Source: Octopus sinensis
Taxonomy: Eukaryota
Direction: 5' to 3'
Assembly (NCBI RefSeq): GCF_006345805.1
Contig: NW_021826031.1
Location: forward strand, 1-64,000
Length of the DNA stretch: 64,000 nucleotides
A program made the position numbers and the translations under genes. Shown one piece after another: positions 37,384 to 48,289 of this stretch (within the stretch, counting starts at the first letter, position 1; each line of letters begins with the position of its first letter). The notes under the pieces are model-generated. The model ran no database searches. It had not been told where the DNA came from and saw only the letters and a list, made by a program, of their open reading frames with translations.

Positions 37384-38099
37384 TTACTAAACAATCATTA
37401 TTTATCAACAAAATTACTTAATTTAAAATATTTAGGGAAATGAATCCTGACTGGAGCAAGCCACTGCGTGTGTTCAGTCTTACTTTGAGACATTCAATTC
37501 TACTGACGGGATGGATCCTAAGTGATTTCCCATATCTGAACCCTATTGGAGTGGGAAGTCATCGCATAGACTCCAAGAATGTCCTCTAACTAGGGAAAAT
37601 TGCTGGATGTGTCGGAGACAAGGTCAACTGCAATTGTCAGCTGTTCTATTACGTTGGAGTTTGAAGTATTTGTGTGTTGATATTGTAGATATTTTCTATT
37701 CGTACATTATTTGAGCACTCCCTTATATTCACATTCTGTCTCCATAATTCTAATTACTCCTAAAAATTTTTCATTTTCTCGATTTCTCCACACACCTTCT
37801 TCCTTTCTTCTTTAAACCTCCGAGAAGGTGCCTCTCGCTGTTTGAATGTCAAAATTCTAAAATAAATTAGTATCATATTTGGTTGATTCGATACTACGAC
37901 ATTTTCCGACTTTTGCCATTTCTACTTATAAACAAGTTAAGAATAAACTCCACGTTTGAGACTAATAAGAGAATGTCAAACACAAAGGTATGATTAAAAC
38001 CAGGTCTGTGAGTTCACAAATTGGAACAAACCAAGAATGCCTGGAATGTAACACACCTTCATTAATAGCTCATTTCGTGAAAATATAATTTGGAGATTT

Positions 38100-39441
38100 A
38101 ATTGCAATAAATCGTCAGGTGGTGTTGTGGGACGACTATATAACGACTCCATCAACTTACGTACGATACCTAATATATGGAAAAACTCCCTAATTACGCC
38201 AATCCTAAAGCCTGGGAAACCAAAGGATGCCCCCTCTTCATACCGCCCAATCTCAATAACTTGTATCTTATCGAAAGTACTGGAAAAGCTCGTATTAATG
38301 CGAATCTCTCCTGTCCTACAACTGCCAGAATTCCAGCACGGTTTTAGACCAGACCGTTCCACAACGACCCACTTGTGTTCTGTCTCCCAGTTTATCACTG
38401 AGGGTTTTAACATGCGAACACACCTACGGACGGCCTTAGTATCTATTGATATACAAAAGGCTTTTGATTCTGTCCCGAGGAAACTCCTAACGCGGAAAAT
38501 ATTTGATTCGAACTTACATCCGAACATCAAACTGTGGTTGGAAAATTTCTTAACTGGCCGACGCGGAAGGGTCCGTATCGACAATACTACTTCAAGATCA
38601 AGACTACTGCCCAATGGTGTCCCACAAGGCTCCCCTTTATCTCCTCTCCTTTTTAACCTATTTCTACATGACCTACCCATTACTAATGACCCAGACATAT
38701 TGTTCCTATCCTATGCGGACGATCTGATTATCGCTGCAAGAGATAAATCTCCTTCTGTGGCTGTCGCAATGGTCCAGTCACACCTCAACCGTGTATGTGA
38801 TTGGCTATCTGCAAACATGTTGTGTGTGTCTGCATCTAAATCCCAATTCACCCTCTTTACTACTGATAGAAGATTCAAGAATGGGCTGGAACTATTCATT
38901 GGAGACAAACCTATTCCCTCTTCGCGTACCCAGAAGATCCTTGGCGTGGTGTTCGACTCCTTAATGACGTTCTCAAGTCACGTAGAGGAGGCCCTAGCTA
39001 AAGGTCTTCGGAAGTGGAACGTCTTGAAAGCTCTGTTAAAGAAGAGTCCCTTCCCCCTGAAAGATTGTGTCAGCAAAGTCTACCAACAAGTGATTGCCCC
39101 GACGGTTGAGTATGCCTGCTCAGCCTGGAGGTTTGCAATTGCTGTTGGACGTGAGCGCATTGTTGATGAAGAAAGTAAGACATTTGGAAACTTGTATCCT
39201 AGCTGACTTTGGAATGCGAAGGGGGATTTTCAAAGAACTTCGGAAGCTGGACAAGTTGATGAGGAATGAGTTGACATCAAATTGATGAGCACTAGCACTA
39301 GTTGGCTCTTTAGAGGGTTCAGGGGAGCCAGGGGGTGAGATGCAGTTCGGGAGAAGGCATGAGGGGCACGCCCATTTTGTGATAGCAGATGCAGTTTTTT
39401 TACTCAACTTGACACATTAAAGGTCGATTGAATGAATGAAT
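38100..39441 (+). mobile_element. LINE (APE-type) RT fragment, same family as 24110-27295
   Basis: 359-aa ORF: ILKPGKP..YRPIS, QHGFRP, DIQKAFDSV, GVPQGSPLSPLLFN, SYADD; (gaat)3 tail at 39430-39441. Confidence 0.93.
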
Positions 39442-39454
39442 GCTTCCATCGATT

Positions 39455-39930
39455 AGTTGGAAAATTACTTTTGTCTGCTATATTTTTTTTCACCAGAAAT
39501 GGTTTTAAAAACCAGATTATGTCTCTTCTTAAATCTGTCTAACCAACCGTTTGAGGCTTTAAAAGATGTTCGAGAATCCAATTTTGTCAATATTTTTTTT
39601 TCGATGGCTTTGATTAATGTACCCGAAATAGAAAAGGAATTTTCCCTCAATCGACGAAAAGCATTAAAAGTTAATTCGTCAAGTTTTTCAAATTGATTTA
39701 TTTCATTAGAAACTTGTTGAACTTCATCTATTTGAACTAATCTTGAAATGACTGATCCGGTATTAATGAAAGAAGAAATTTCTTGTTTCTTGAAGGAGAA
39801 TTATTTTCATTTTTTCTCTGATCTTGTTTCTCATAACAAAATAAATCAAAATATATTCAAGACAAGAAAATGTCTTGTTTCTTGAAGGAGAATTATTTGG
39901 AATTTTTCTTTGATCTTGATCCGGTATTAA
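39455..39930 (-). mobile_element. pogo/Tigger HTH remnant; a related 5' end lies at about 41260-41352
   Basis: ISGTLIK..FKASNGWLDRFKKRHNLVFKTISGEK; the subterminal motif ttcttgaa.gagaattattt recurs near 39790, 39880 and 41297. Confidence 0.75.
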
Positions 39931-39944
39931 TGCGAAGTTTTTTT

Positions 39945-40500
39945 TGGGCGGGGTTCGACTGTATTTATGCTCTATTTTCTACATGTTTAACTGTTTCCAA
40001 TCAACACCGACTCGCTTGCTTATGTGCAGGCAAAGCAGCAGTGTTTTGTTAAAGTCTCTCCATCTCCCGTCCATCGGAAATCTAGTGGAAAAAGATTGCT
40101 TAAAAATTGCAATCTCTTTCCGTATCGGGCTAAAGATCTGTCAGACGCACAAATGCCGCTGTGGAGAACTGTTGAAGAGTACAGTTTGCACTCTCTCACT
40201 TGCCGTCGGAGTGCTGGTTGTGCACATCGCCACAGTAAACTCGACGCAATAATCCTCGAGCCGGTTGGGGTGGATAGAAAAGACGACAAACGCCCAGATA
40301 GCATGTCTACCTTCCCTTCGAGGAAAGGAAATTCCTTATTTGGGACTCCACCAGCTCAGACACATTCTCGCGCGGAAATCTCGCTCTGTCTACTGTCGAT
40401 TCTGGGCACTCTCTGAGGCTGGCCAAAGTTAGCAAGATTCCTAAATTTCAGAGCTGCAGTCTATATAAAACAATGGAAGTGACATTCTACTAGGAAGGAA
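39945..40500 (+). mobile_element. CRE-type non-LTR retrotransposon fragment (CCHC plus REL), degenerate
   Basis: IAISFRIG..HKCRCG..HSLTC..G..HRH..LEPVG..KRPDSM. Confidence 0.8.
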
Positions 40501-41447
40501 GTAAATAAAACTTTTTAAACAAAGAAGCCAATTTTAACTAAAACGAAAACAATTAATAAAAGTTTGCGACTTTTTCTTGTTCGGATTTTGGATAAAAAGA
40601 ACGTTTAAAATGGTCACGTCCATACACAAATTCTGTGCAGCGAATATGCTGAGGATAGATCCCTTCAAGCAGAATAGTACTTGGGGAGGCTCTTCTGATA
40701 AGACGACCACAAAGGCAGCATCTTTCAGGGCCTTCATCACTGAATGTAGCTGCTGTAACTCTTTTCTTGAGAAGGCCTTTGGCCTTCAATACCTCTTTTA
40801 AGGATGGTGACAACATATGTTGAATTTCGGGACTTTCAAAGGTAAATTTGCATCGCGGGGATTCCAACTTTTTATGAATTTTCATAAGTTCTTCATACGT
40901 ATAATCTAGCAGTGTTATTACTAAAAATTAACTGTGCTTGGCACCGTCAAAAAACCCCTCTCCAGAAACTTTCTTCATGTCTTCAAGCTTAACATCTATC
41001 AGTGTAATTAATAAAAATCTACAGTCAAAATTTAAGAACATTTAACAAGAATATCACCACAATGACGGAAATAAAATTTATTTTATTTCAATTAAAAAAT
41101 AATAAACTTAAAAATAATTTTAACAAATTAAAATATATTCACTTAATGGTTTATTTAATCTTTGTATACTTTGAAAATCGCAAAAAAAGTTATATTAAAA
41201 ACCGATGTTTTGACCAATTCATTGCCTTTTTGATAAAAAATATTTACAATTACAAAATAAATCAAAATATGTTCAAAACAAGAAAATGTCTTGTTTCTTG
41301 AACGAGAATTATTTTCAATTTTTCTTTGATCTTGTTTCTCATAACCATACTGAAATTTGAGACGCTGCCATCTTTGAAGTTAGCCATAACCTTACGCCGT
41401 GATTAAAGTGATATTTATAAATGTTTCCGCGTGTTTAATGGATAAAA

Positions 41448-42229
41448 ATGTTTCAACTGGTCGTTTAGAATTTTATAATTTTGTTTTAGAATCCTACAAG
41501 TTTTACAACCGTGGTTGCAATTCCTTATTTGGGAGGTGTTGTTCTGGCATCAGATACAAGAGTGACTCGTTCTTTAAATAATCCCGACGAAAGCTGTAAT
41601 GAAATTTTGTATTAAAATATTAGATTCTGATAATAACTATAAAATTTTCCAGATTGCCAATAACGCGATCATTGGTTTTACTGGGAACATGAATGTTTTT
41701 GAATTCATAAAGGAAGAATGTTCTCGTAGTTTTCAGTATTTTTTAAATTAATTTGTTTTCTAGAAAGTCTTGGAATGTATATCCTATGTTTTTAGAAGAT
41801 TTCATTAAAAAAATTCTGTCAAATTTTATACTTCCGCATCAATTATCGGTATATTTGAGTTCTTGTTATATTTTTAGAAAGTTATTCTGTTATGTGTACT
41901 GAATGGACGAATGTATCAATTTGTGATAGATTCCTTCACAAGTATAGAATGTATGTGGTGTCACGTAACGACCATCGGCTCGGGCTCAATAAGCGCGCTT
42001 TCTTTAATCAATAATCAGTATTTTCTTTTATAATCATTGCCAGTTATCGTGGAATTTTTACAACGGAAAGTGAGGCTATTTGGTTAGCCCACAATTCAAT
42101 AAAACATGCGGCACAATATGATAGACTCACTGGAGGCTTTTCTAATAGTATATTTGCATATATAATACTTTAGTTTACACCATCTCGAATTTTGGAATCA
42201 ACTGTGTCGGCCTTTTTCAGCTTTTTTGA
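41448..42229 (+). CDS. Highly divergent 20S proteasome beta-type subunit, 7 exons (absent from the ORF track)
   Basis: MFQLNPTSF-TTVVAIPYLGGVVLASDTRVT..YKIFQIANNAIIGFTG..TIGSGS..YDRLTGGFSNIYTIS..; six GT-AG introns of 26-30 nt give one continuous frame. Confidence 0.85.
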
Positions 42230-42509
42230 TGCGTATGGATTCTTATTATTATTATAGGCAACTGTCGTAGAAACATAGTAGTTCTATTTCCACCTTAATT
42301 TATTTTTTTATTTTCATACATTGTCACAGTTCGTTTATAAAACCCGCCCATTTTGTTATTTATCGATTTTATCGATTAGTCTGTATTATTAGGACCCAAC
42401 AATCATACTTTATTTATTACATTTTTCTTAAATTATTAAAACTAGCTAATAAACAATTCTGTAAAAAAAATTCTGTGAAAAGAAACAAATATTAAGCTTC
42501 TAAACAGAG

Positions 42510-43600
42510 CTCAGAGCACTAAACCGATATCCGCTTGAGAATCGAAAATCGTTGTTTGGAAAATAAAAGAGAGCTAAGAAATCAAAGAAACAGAATCCTT
42601 CACAAAATTAGAGTTCCAGCGCGTCTATTGTGAATGAAATACTTAGACGAGAAAGTCACCGAAATTGAAAAGCTCTCGCCTGGAAGTCAAATATTCATGA
42701 CTATTCGGATGTTTAACCGGGATTCTCAAAACTTCAAAATATATCGCGCAAAATCGATCACGCAAATTTTCGTATTTCGTTAGTTTCGCGAATTCGGCTT
42801 TCTCGGCCGACGAACAGAACGACAAGCCGTGGAATTCAAGGCACCCTTGGCGAAAGAGTCGGCACTGGTCACGTCCTAAACGAACTGCTTCCCGGATTCA
42901 AAAGCGAAAACTGTACAGCCGTCTGGACGTTTGGCATCTTCGAGGACAAAGGCCATCGGTTCCAGAATTGAAAGGAAACCAGCTCTTTCCAGAGCTTTGT
43001 GAATTAGATTGTTAATTTCAGTGTGCCGAAAAAATCGGCCAGCGCTCATTCGACAAGACAGAGGAGTCCAAGGCAATTATAGATACCTATCGAGGACTGT
43101 ATCTAAAAGCGGAGAAGGGAGTACATTCAGCCAGGAGCCTGAGTCTGGCTGACAGGGGGAACGGAAACAAGCCAGTCTGTGTTGGTCGAGGAGTGGCTCA
43201 AATCAGTTAAAGATCGGCTGCAAAGAATTTTGTCCCACTCCCGCTGAGAAAAGACATCGGAAAAAACTTCAGTTTGCAATTGCTTGTTCGAAAGCGGAAC
43301 GTTTGAACTCACTCAGAAGGAAGATTATGCTCCACACTGACACCTCAGTTGGCAGCCTTGCTTCCGAGGAGGCGACGCAGAAAAATGGACAGGGTTTCCT
43401 ACGTTTCTGCAAGGAACTGGGAAACCCACTCAAGGAAAAGGTGGCACATGCAGAGGAATTTCGGTCGGTTATAAAGAAATGCACTCCAATTGAGTTCCTC
43501 TGCAGAAGGAAGAGAAGGCTTTTCCGGATTACGGTCGGGTCATCAGAAGATCATGTAAGGAAAGTACGGCTGTGGTTGGAGGCAGGGATCACCTAATTAG
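42510..43600 (-). mobile_element. CRE-type non-LTR retrotransposon 3' portion, degenerate
   Basis: SQREWD.., RHTEINNLIHKAL..LEP..EDAKRPDGCTVFAFESGK..DVT. Confidence 0.8.
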
Positions 43601-43681
43601 TTAGTTCTGATCTATCTTTCTCGGTGATCTTGGAGTTAATAAAATTAAAATTAAAAATTAAAATGGTGTTGTGGGACACGA

Positions 43682-45440
43682 ATGGCCAGTAGCAAGGAAG
43701 TGATTTACCTATACGCGTTCATTCCCATCAAATTCTCTATCGAAACAAATTCATTTCTCAAAGTAGTATTCCAATAAGTAAACATGGAGAATGCATTCGG
43801 ACTCGTCGTCGACCTCACCACCAACATAAGCGTCACTCACGTGGTCGAAAACAGTCCTGCCTCCGAAAACGGAGTCAATAAGGGTACTCCTCAGTCAGAC
43901 AACCCAGGCGCCCGCATAGACGAAATATATGGTCATCGAGTCAGCCCTCTCAACATTGCACAAACAATCAGCTCGATTCCTCTCCCCACCGTGGTTTGAT
44001 TCACTCGTCTCCATTTCGAGGTGTCTGTGACGTTGACTAACCACCCATGCCAGTTTTACTGTGATGACTTGGCAATGGCAGCGGGGAGTGTGTATTGTTT
44101 TGTGATATTCCCCCTAAATGTTATATTAGTCACTCATTTAGTGCAGGGGGAGCCACAGTGCTACTCGGCTGGGATTCCGTCCGCTTATTGGCTGAGGATG
44201 ACACTCCAGTCAATGATTGACTTATTCAGAGAGATTGGTGGGCAGAGGCCTTCCCAGTAAGCCACTGTCCTCACTCCCGCAGTTCGCGAATAGTGGTGGG
44301 GGACACCCCCGTCCTGGTGTCCTTCCAACACGAAGAGGAGTATTCCACTGTGCTGGCTATCGCGACTGAAATGTGTAGCCGTCTCCTCAGTCTGTAGATT
44401 GTCTGACTCCACCCAGTTAGTAAAACTACACAAACTCACTTCGGAGTTGCAGAGACTGGTGTGTCCCCCCAAGTCGGGTCGAGTGAATTCGCGGAGGGGG
44501 AGTCTGTTTGGTGCCATTCTGTCCAATGTGGTGGCCGCGTGTGTGACTCGACTGGAGAGTATTCTCTTCTACCTTAACTTTGGCTATTCCCGTCTGCTGC
44601 ATATTCCAGTTGGACTGACGATTGTACGTAGATGGCACTCCAGACGTGGGGAATGGAGAGTTTGGTGGACTACTACCACTCACAGGGTGCTGTCCACCCT
44701 CCACGACTGATTGGCCACCTTGTCCTCTACGATGTACTGCGTGGGTGATATCAGTAGAGGGTGTTGGTGTACAATCAGCTGGGGAGTGATATAACCAGGT
44801 TGCTCGTGTTTATGGCCCTCTTCCTCCCTCTGTGTCACACTCTCCCTCTCCGTGTTCGACTGCACCACCCATCCTTGCCTTGTTCTCAACACCATTACGG
44901 ACTGTTCACTAGTAGAGTATGACCTGAGTTAATACTGAGGGCTCACTTTTGAGTGTTGTTCTCTATAAAGTAGACGAGGAAGCCGACAGTCTCTTCTTCC
45001 ACGAACTGGAGGGGTCACTGGGCCGAATCGTCAACTCTGTCGACAACATCCAACAAGAGTTGTGTTGTCGTTCATTTTAGAATGGAGTCGAGTAATTACA
45101 GTCTGCTTGATTGTGTCATTCCTGCCATTGGTTGGTTTGCCGGTAGAGTGTGTAGGGACACGTCCTCAATTCGTTGTTCTGTACGACCGGGGGAACCACA
45201 GCAATGTGGTTTCCGTGAATGTTGACAAGTGCGGGGACTGGACTATGTTTGTTGGACAGGCCTTGGATTTGCTGGCGGTGGACGAGTCGGGGAGTGAGCT
45301 CGTACTGGAGGAAGATGACTGCTCTACTTTGCTGTTGATGTGATGTGTTCATTGACAGTCATTCCAGACCTCGCACGAGATTGTTCGTATTCCGCGAGGG
45401 AGGACCGCCTTGTGTTCTTGATAGACATTTAATTAATTAA
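43682..45440 (+). CDS. INTU: PDZ-domain protein with CCZ1-like C-terminus, probable Inturned (CPLANE)
   Basis: PDZ VTHVVENSPASENGVNKGARIDEIYG; the C-terminus PQFVVLYD..SELVLE..RLFVF resembles the third longin domain of the CCZ1/INTU family (judged by eye). Confidence 0.5.
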
Positions 45441-45499
45441 AATGTGACGCCCTCTAATAGTGTTTGCTATATGACCTTCCAATCCTCAGGCAAGTTAAC

Positions 45500-46140
45500 A
45501 CATTCCGTGGAAATGCTATTTCGAAGCAATTCAATCGTATTCTCCGGAGATGGAAGCAAAGAGTCCTCCTTTCACTCAGACCGATACTCAATTGGAGCAA
45601 TCAAGTGAGCGAGGTGAATGGTGATGCCTCTGAGAGTACGACTTCATCGATTGCCAAAGGGAATGGAAAAACAATTTTGTCTCCATAAACAAGCGAGCTC
45701 GATGACTCATCGGAGAGATGCAACAAATAAGCCATCTCAAGAATTCAAGGAGGTGTCCAGATGAAAGAAGGTTCAAGGCAAAATGGAGAATGGCTCTCCA
45801 AAGCGGAGATGGCCGAAATAAGTGAGGGGCCGGCCTCAGGTGCGAAGGGAGATGCGAGGTCTTTGTCGTGAAAGATTTGATGGCCGCATGATAGCAAGGC
45901 AGAGTGAGCATCGGGTTGTGAAAAAAGTCGGATGTCAATGGGAGGTCCCGGATGTTCAGCTTTCAATAAAGAGAAAGCATCAACGGAAGGTTGCCGAATT
46001 GTCTCGTCGTTCCTGTCGGATATCTTTTTCAGCGACCGATATCTGTCGGATATTCCGTTCTTACAGTGACTGGAAGAGTGGCAAGTGGAAGAATAGTAGG
46101 GTTTTGGTTCGCGTAGGAGAGAATAGCTGCAAAGTCATTA
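45500..46140 (+). CDS. Unresolved coding exons, possibly the RIM N-terminus
   Basis: A 26-nt GT-AG gap near 45830 joins open frames; ends ICRIFRSYSDWKSGKW, weakly reminiscent of the RIM KSGAW motif. Confidence 0.3.
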
Positions 46141-46578
46141 ATTTAAAATATTAAGCGGATCCGAAAATCAGATTTTTAACTCAGAAACTGCTGCAGATTT
46201 TGAACCCAGCATAGCTTCGTAACGAGATGGAATAAATTTTATTCCGTACAAACAGCCGTTCTGCCACTCGAAGCTTCAACTTTAGAGTCCACACTGATTA
46301 AAGAAAGAATTGAAAAATCATTCATTTCAACTATGGGTGGTTTCCCGGTTTTACTAATATTTTCAAATTTTTGATATTATTTGTTGAATTACACAGGCCC
46401 TTAAAAACTAATCCGTTCTTATTTAAACAATCATTTCTGGGAAATTTGTCATAAATTTATAGACTAACCAACAGGCTAAAAATGTGCAGATCGAATAATA
46501 ATCGAAATATTGCGTATTAGAATATAACATCTGTGCTCTCGATATTTGAAGACATAGCATGCGAACAAGACTGTTACA

Positions 46579-47701
46579 ATGCAAAATCAAGTTACTTGGT
46601 CCAGAAAAGGAAACGAATTGGTAGGCCACATTGAATTCACGCCGAGCGCAGACAACCGATTAGGAAACCTTTTGTCCGTTTATTGACAGGAATTAAAATT
46701 GCCGCAGAAGCCCACGAGGGTGATTGGCGTGTTGTTGTGACAAAAGTAATACCTGGAAGTTATGCAAGTGAAATTGCAAAAATCCAGATTGGTTGGTTCC
46801 GAAGTAGAATAAATGAAGCAGGAGATATAATTACAAATTGGAATGGAGTAAAGTTTTCGAAAATGGAAAAAAACAAAATTCAGGACACAATCAATGTCCT
46901 GATACACTCGGGTAGAATGGAGCTGACTTTAATTAAAAAGTGATTGCTCCTTGACAATTTAGGAATGAAGGAACGTCCGACAAAGACTCGGAGAAAGTAT
47001 TTGTTACAACAAAACCAGTTTGGGGATTTAACTCATATCTGAAGGGTGAACTACCAAACGAAAGCAAATCAACAAAAAGTGAAATAAGAAATAGTCAAAC
47101 TAGACGGATCTTGCCAAACCCGGAGAATTTCGAATTTGCAAAAGATGCTATTCAAGGTTTAATGAGGAATAATATTTTAAGAATGTAAAAGCCTTGACGC
47201 CACAAACAATGTACATTATTATATAATAGTAGCCACCTATTCTAAGCATTAAATGCGGACCTGGACAAGTCTTAAACCGACAGGCACTCGGGTCGGCGTG
47301 CTATGGGAGAATCCAGTTATTCGCGAGTCAAAGTCTATCAGGAAAATTAACAGTCACGGTGGGGAGAACGGAAGACCTGCTTGGTTGGCGTGACCACAAT
47401 TCGCGTATACGACATTTAACAGAGTCAGTGGTGTGTGTGCGACTGTCCCTGATGCACGACTTGTCTTTGGTTGAACGAAAGAAGACGAGCTACAAACGGG
47501 AGTCTGACCGAACGATAGAATTCGAAGCAGAGTGCGCCTACAACACACTAAAAGTATAGCACTCCCCCACGTCGACAGATATGCGTTTCGGAGGCGAGCA
47601 GGCGCGTCATTGGATATGCCACAATCGCATTGTCGGATATCGACATTCGACAAGGCGTGTGGGGATGGTTCTATCTCTACCACAAATCGACTGTTTGTTA
47701 A
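46579..47701 (+). CDS. RIMS: RIM/UNC-10-like active-zone protein (PDZ plus C2B); 5' end uncertain
   Basis: QVTWSRKGNELVGHI..LGIKI..VTKV..GS.A...GDIITNWNG matches the RIM PDZ; GPGQVLNRQAL..GRIQL..KKT..IG.A.I.LSDIDI..V.GWFYLY matches RIM C2B. Confidence 0.85.
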
Positions 47702-47704
47702 CCA

Positions 47705-47719
47705 TTTATTGAAAATAAA
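47705..47719. terminator. Back-to-back poly(A) signals between the convergent RIM and CRIPT genes
   Basis: tttatt (47705-47710, AATAAA on the minus strand) and aataaa (47714-47719) in the 20-bp gap between the two stop codons. Confidence 0.55.
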
Positions 47720-47721
47720 AA

Positions 47722-48091
47722 TCACGTTGTGCTCTGCTCGTAGTTCTTGGTGGAGAGGATCTTCTTCCCGCACATGGCACAGATTCCTGAATACTTTAAA
47801 TTATAAACCCTTTTTATAGGCACATCCCTGACAGTAATGTGACCCCGTCTGGTGGACTGATCTGTAACACAATTTGCATGTTTTAAATTCACTATTTTTC
47901 CCAAATCTGGAAGTTTTATTCATTATACTTGATGCCTTTTTTTATCGGACGTCAGCAGTTTATTTTCGTTTATTATTCGTCCGCCTGTGGAGTTCCGCGA
48001 ACCAGACTTCCATGGGTCGGGAGTTATTACTTTCCCGAGTTTAAATTGGCCTGCTAATAATCAATGAATATGTACACTTGTCGCACACCAT
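47722..48091 (-). CDS. CRIPT: Cysteine-rich PDZ-binding protein
   Basis: MVCDKCQFKLGKVITPDPWKSGSRN..INENKLL..CKLC..SVHQTGSHYCQGCAYKKGICAMCGKKILSTKNYEQSTT*. Confidence 0.96.
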
Positions 48092-48289
48092 CCCACAACA
48101 ACACAATTTATTAAAATAATTAATTAAAGCTCAATTTAAAAACTAATTATGACGAATTACAAAAATAACACAAGTAGAGTACCTATTTGCCTTTACTTTA
48201 CCTCACTGCCCTTTTTGGCGTTCCCTAAATATCTAAGTGGGTTAATTAGCAAAAGAAAGGAGATTAAACAAGAAAAGTCCAAAGAGAGA

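Noticed and set aside
37440-37760. Possible small spliced gene upstream of LAS1L
   Set aside because: Intron-like signals exist on both strands, but I could not build a consistent start-to-stop model or recognise a product.
38119-38132. tggtgttgtgggac shared with about 43664, and similar to the CRIPT 5' flank, as a spliced-leader or promoter motif
   Set aside because: Too short, in inconsistent contexts (LINE junction versus gene starts), and absent from most genes.
39753-39932. 16-bp direct repeat tgatccggtattaatg as the TSD of a new element
   Set aside because: The enclosed sequence is a rearranged copy of the pogo subterminal repeats, consistent with local slippage duplication.
43303-43596. 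Plus-strand 97-aa ORF vaguely resembling SUI1/MRPL49 C-termini
   Set aside because: It lies antisense to the post-RT region of the CRE element; the minus strand explains the sequence.
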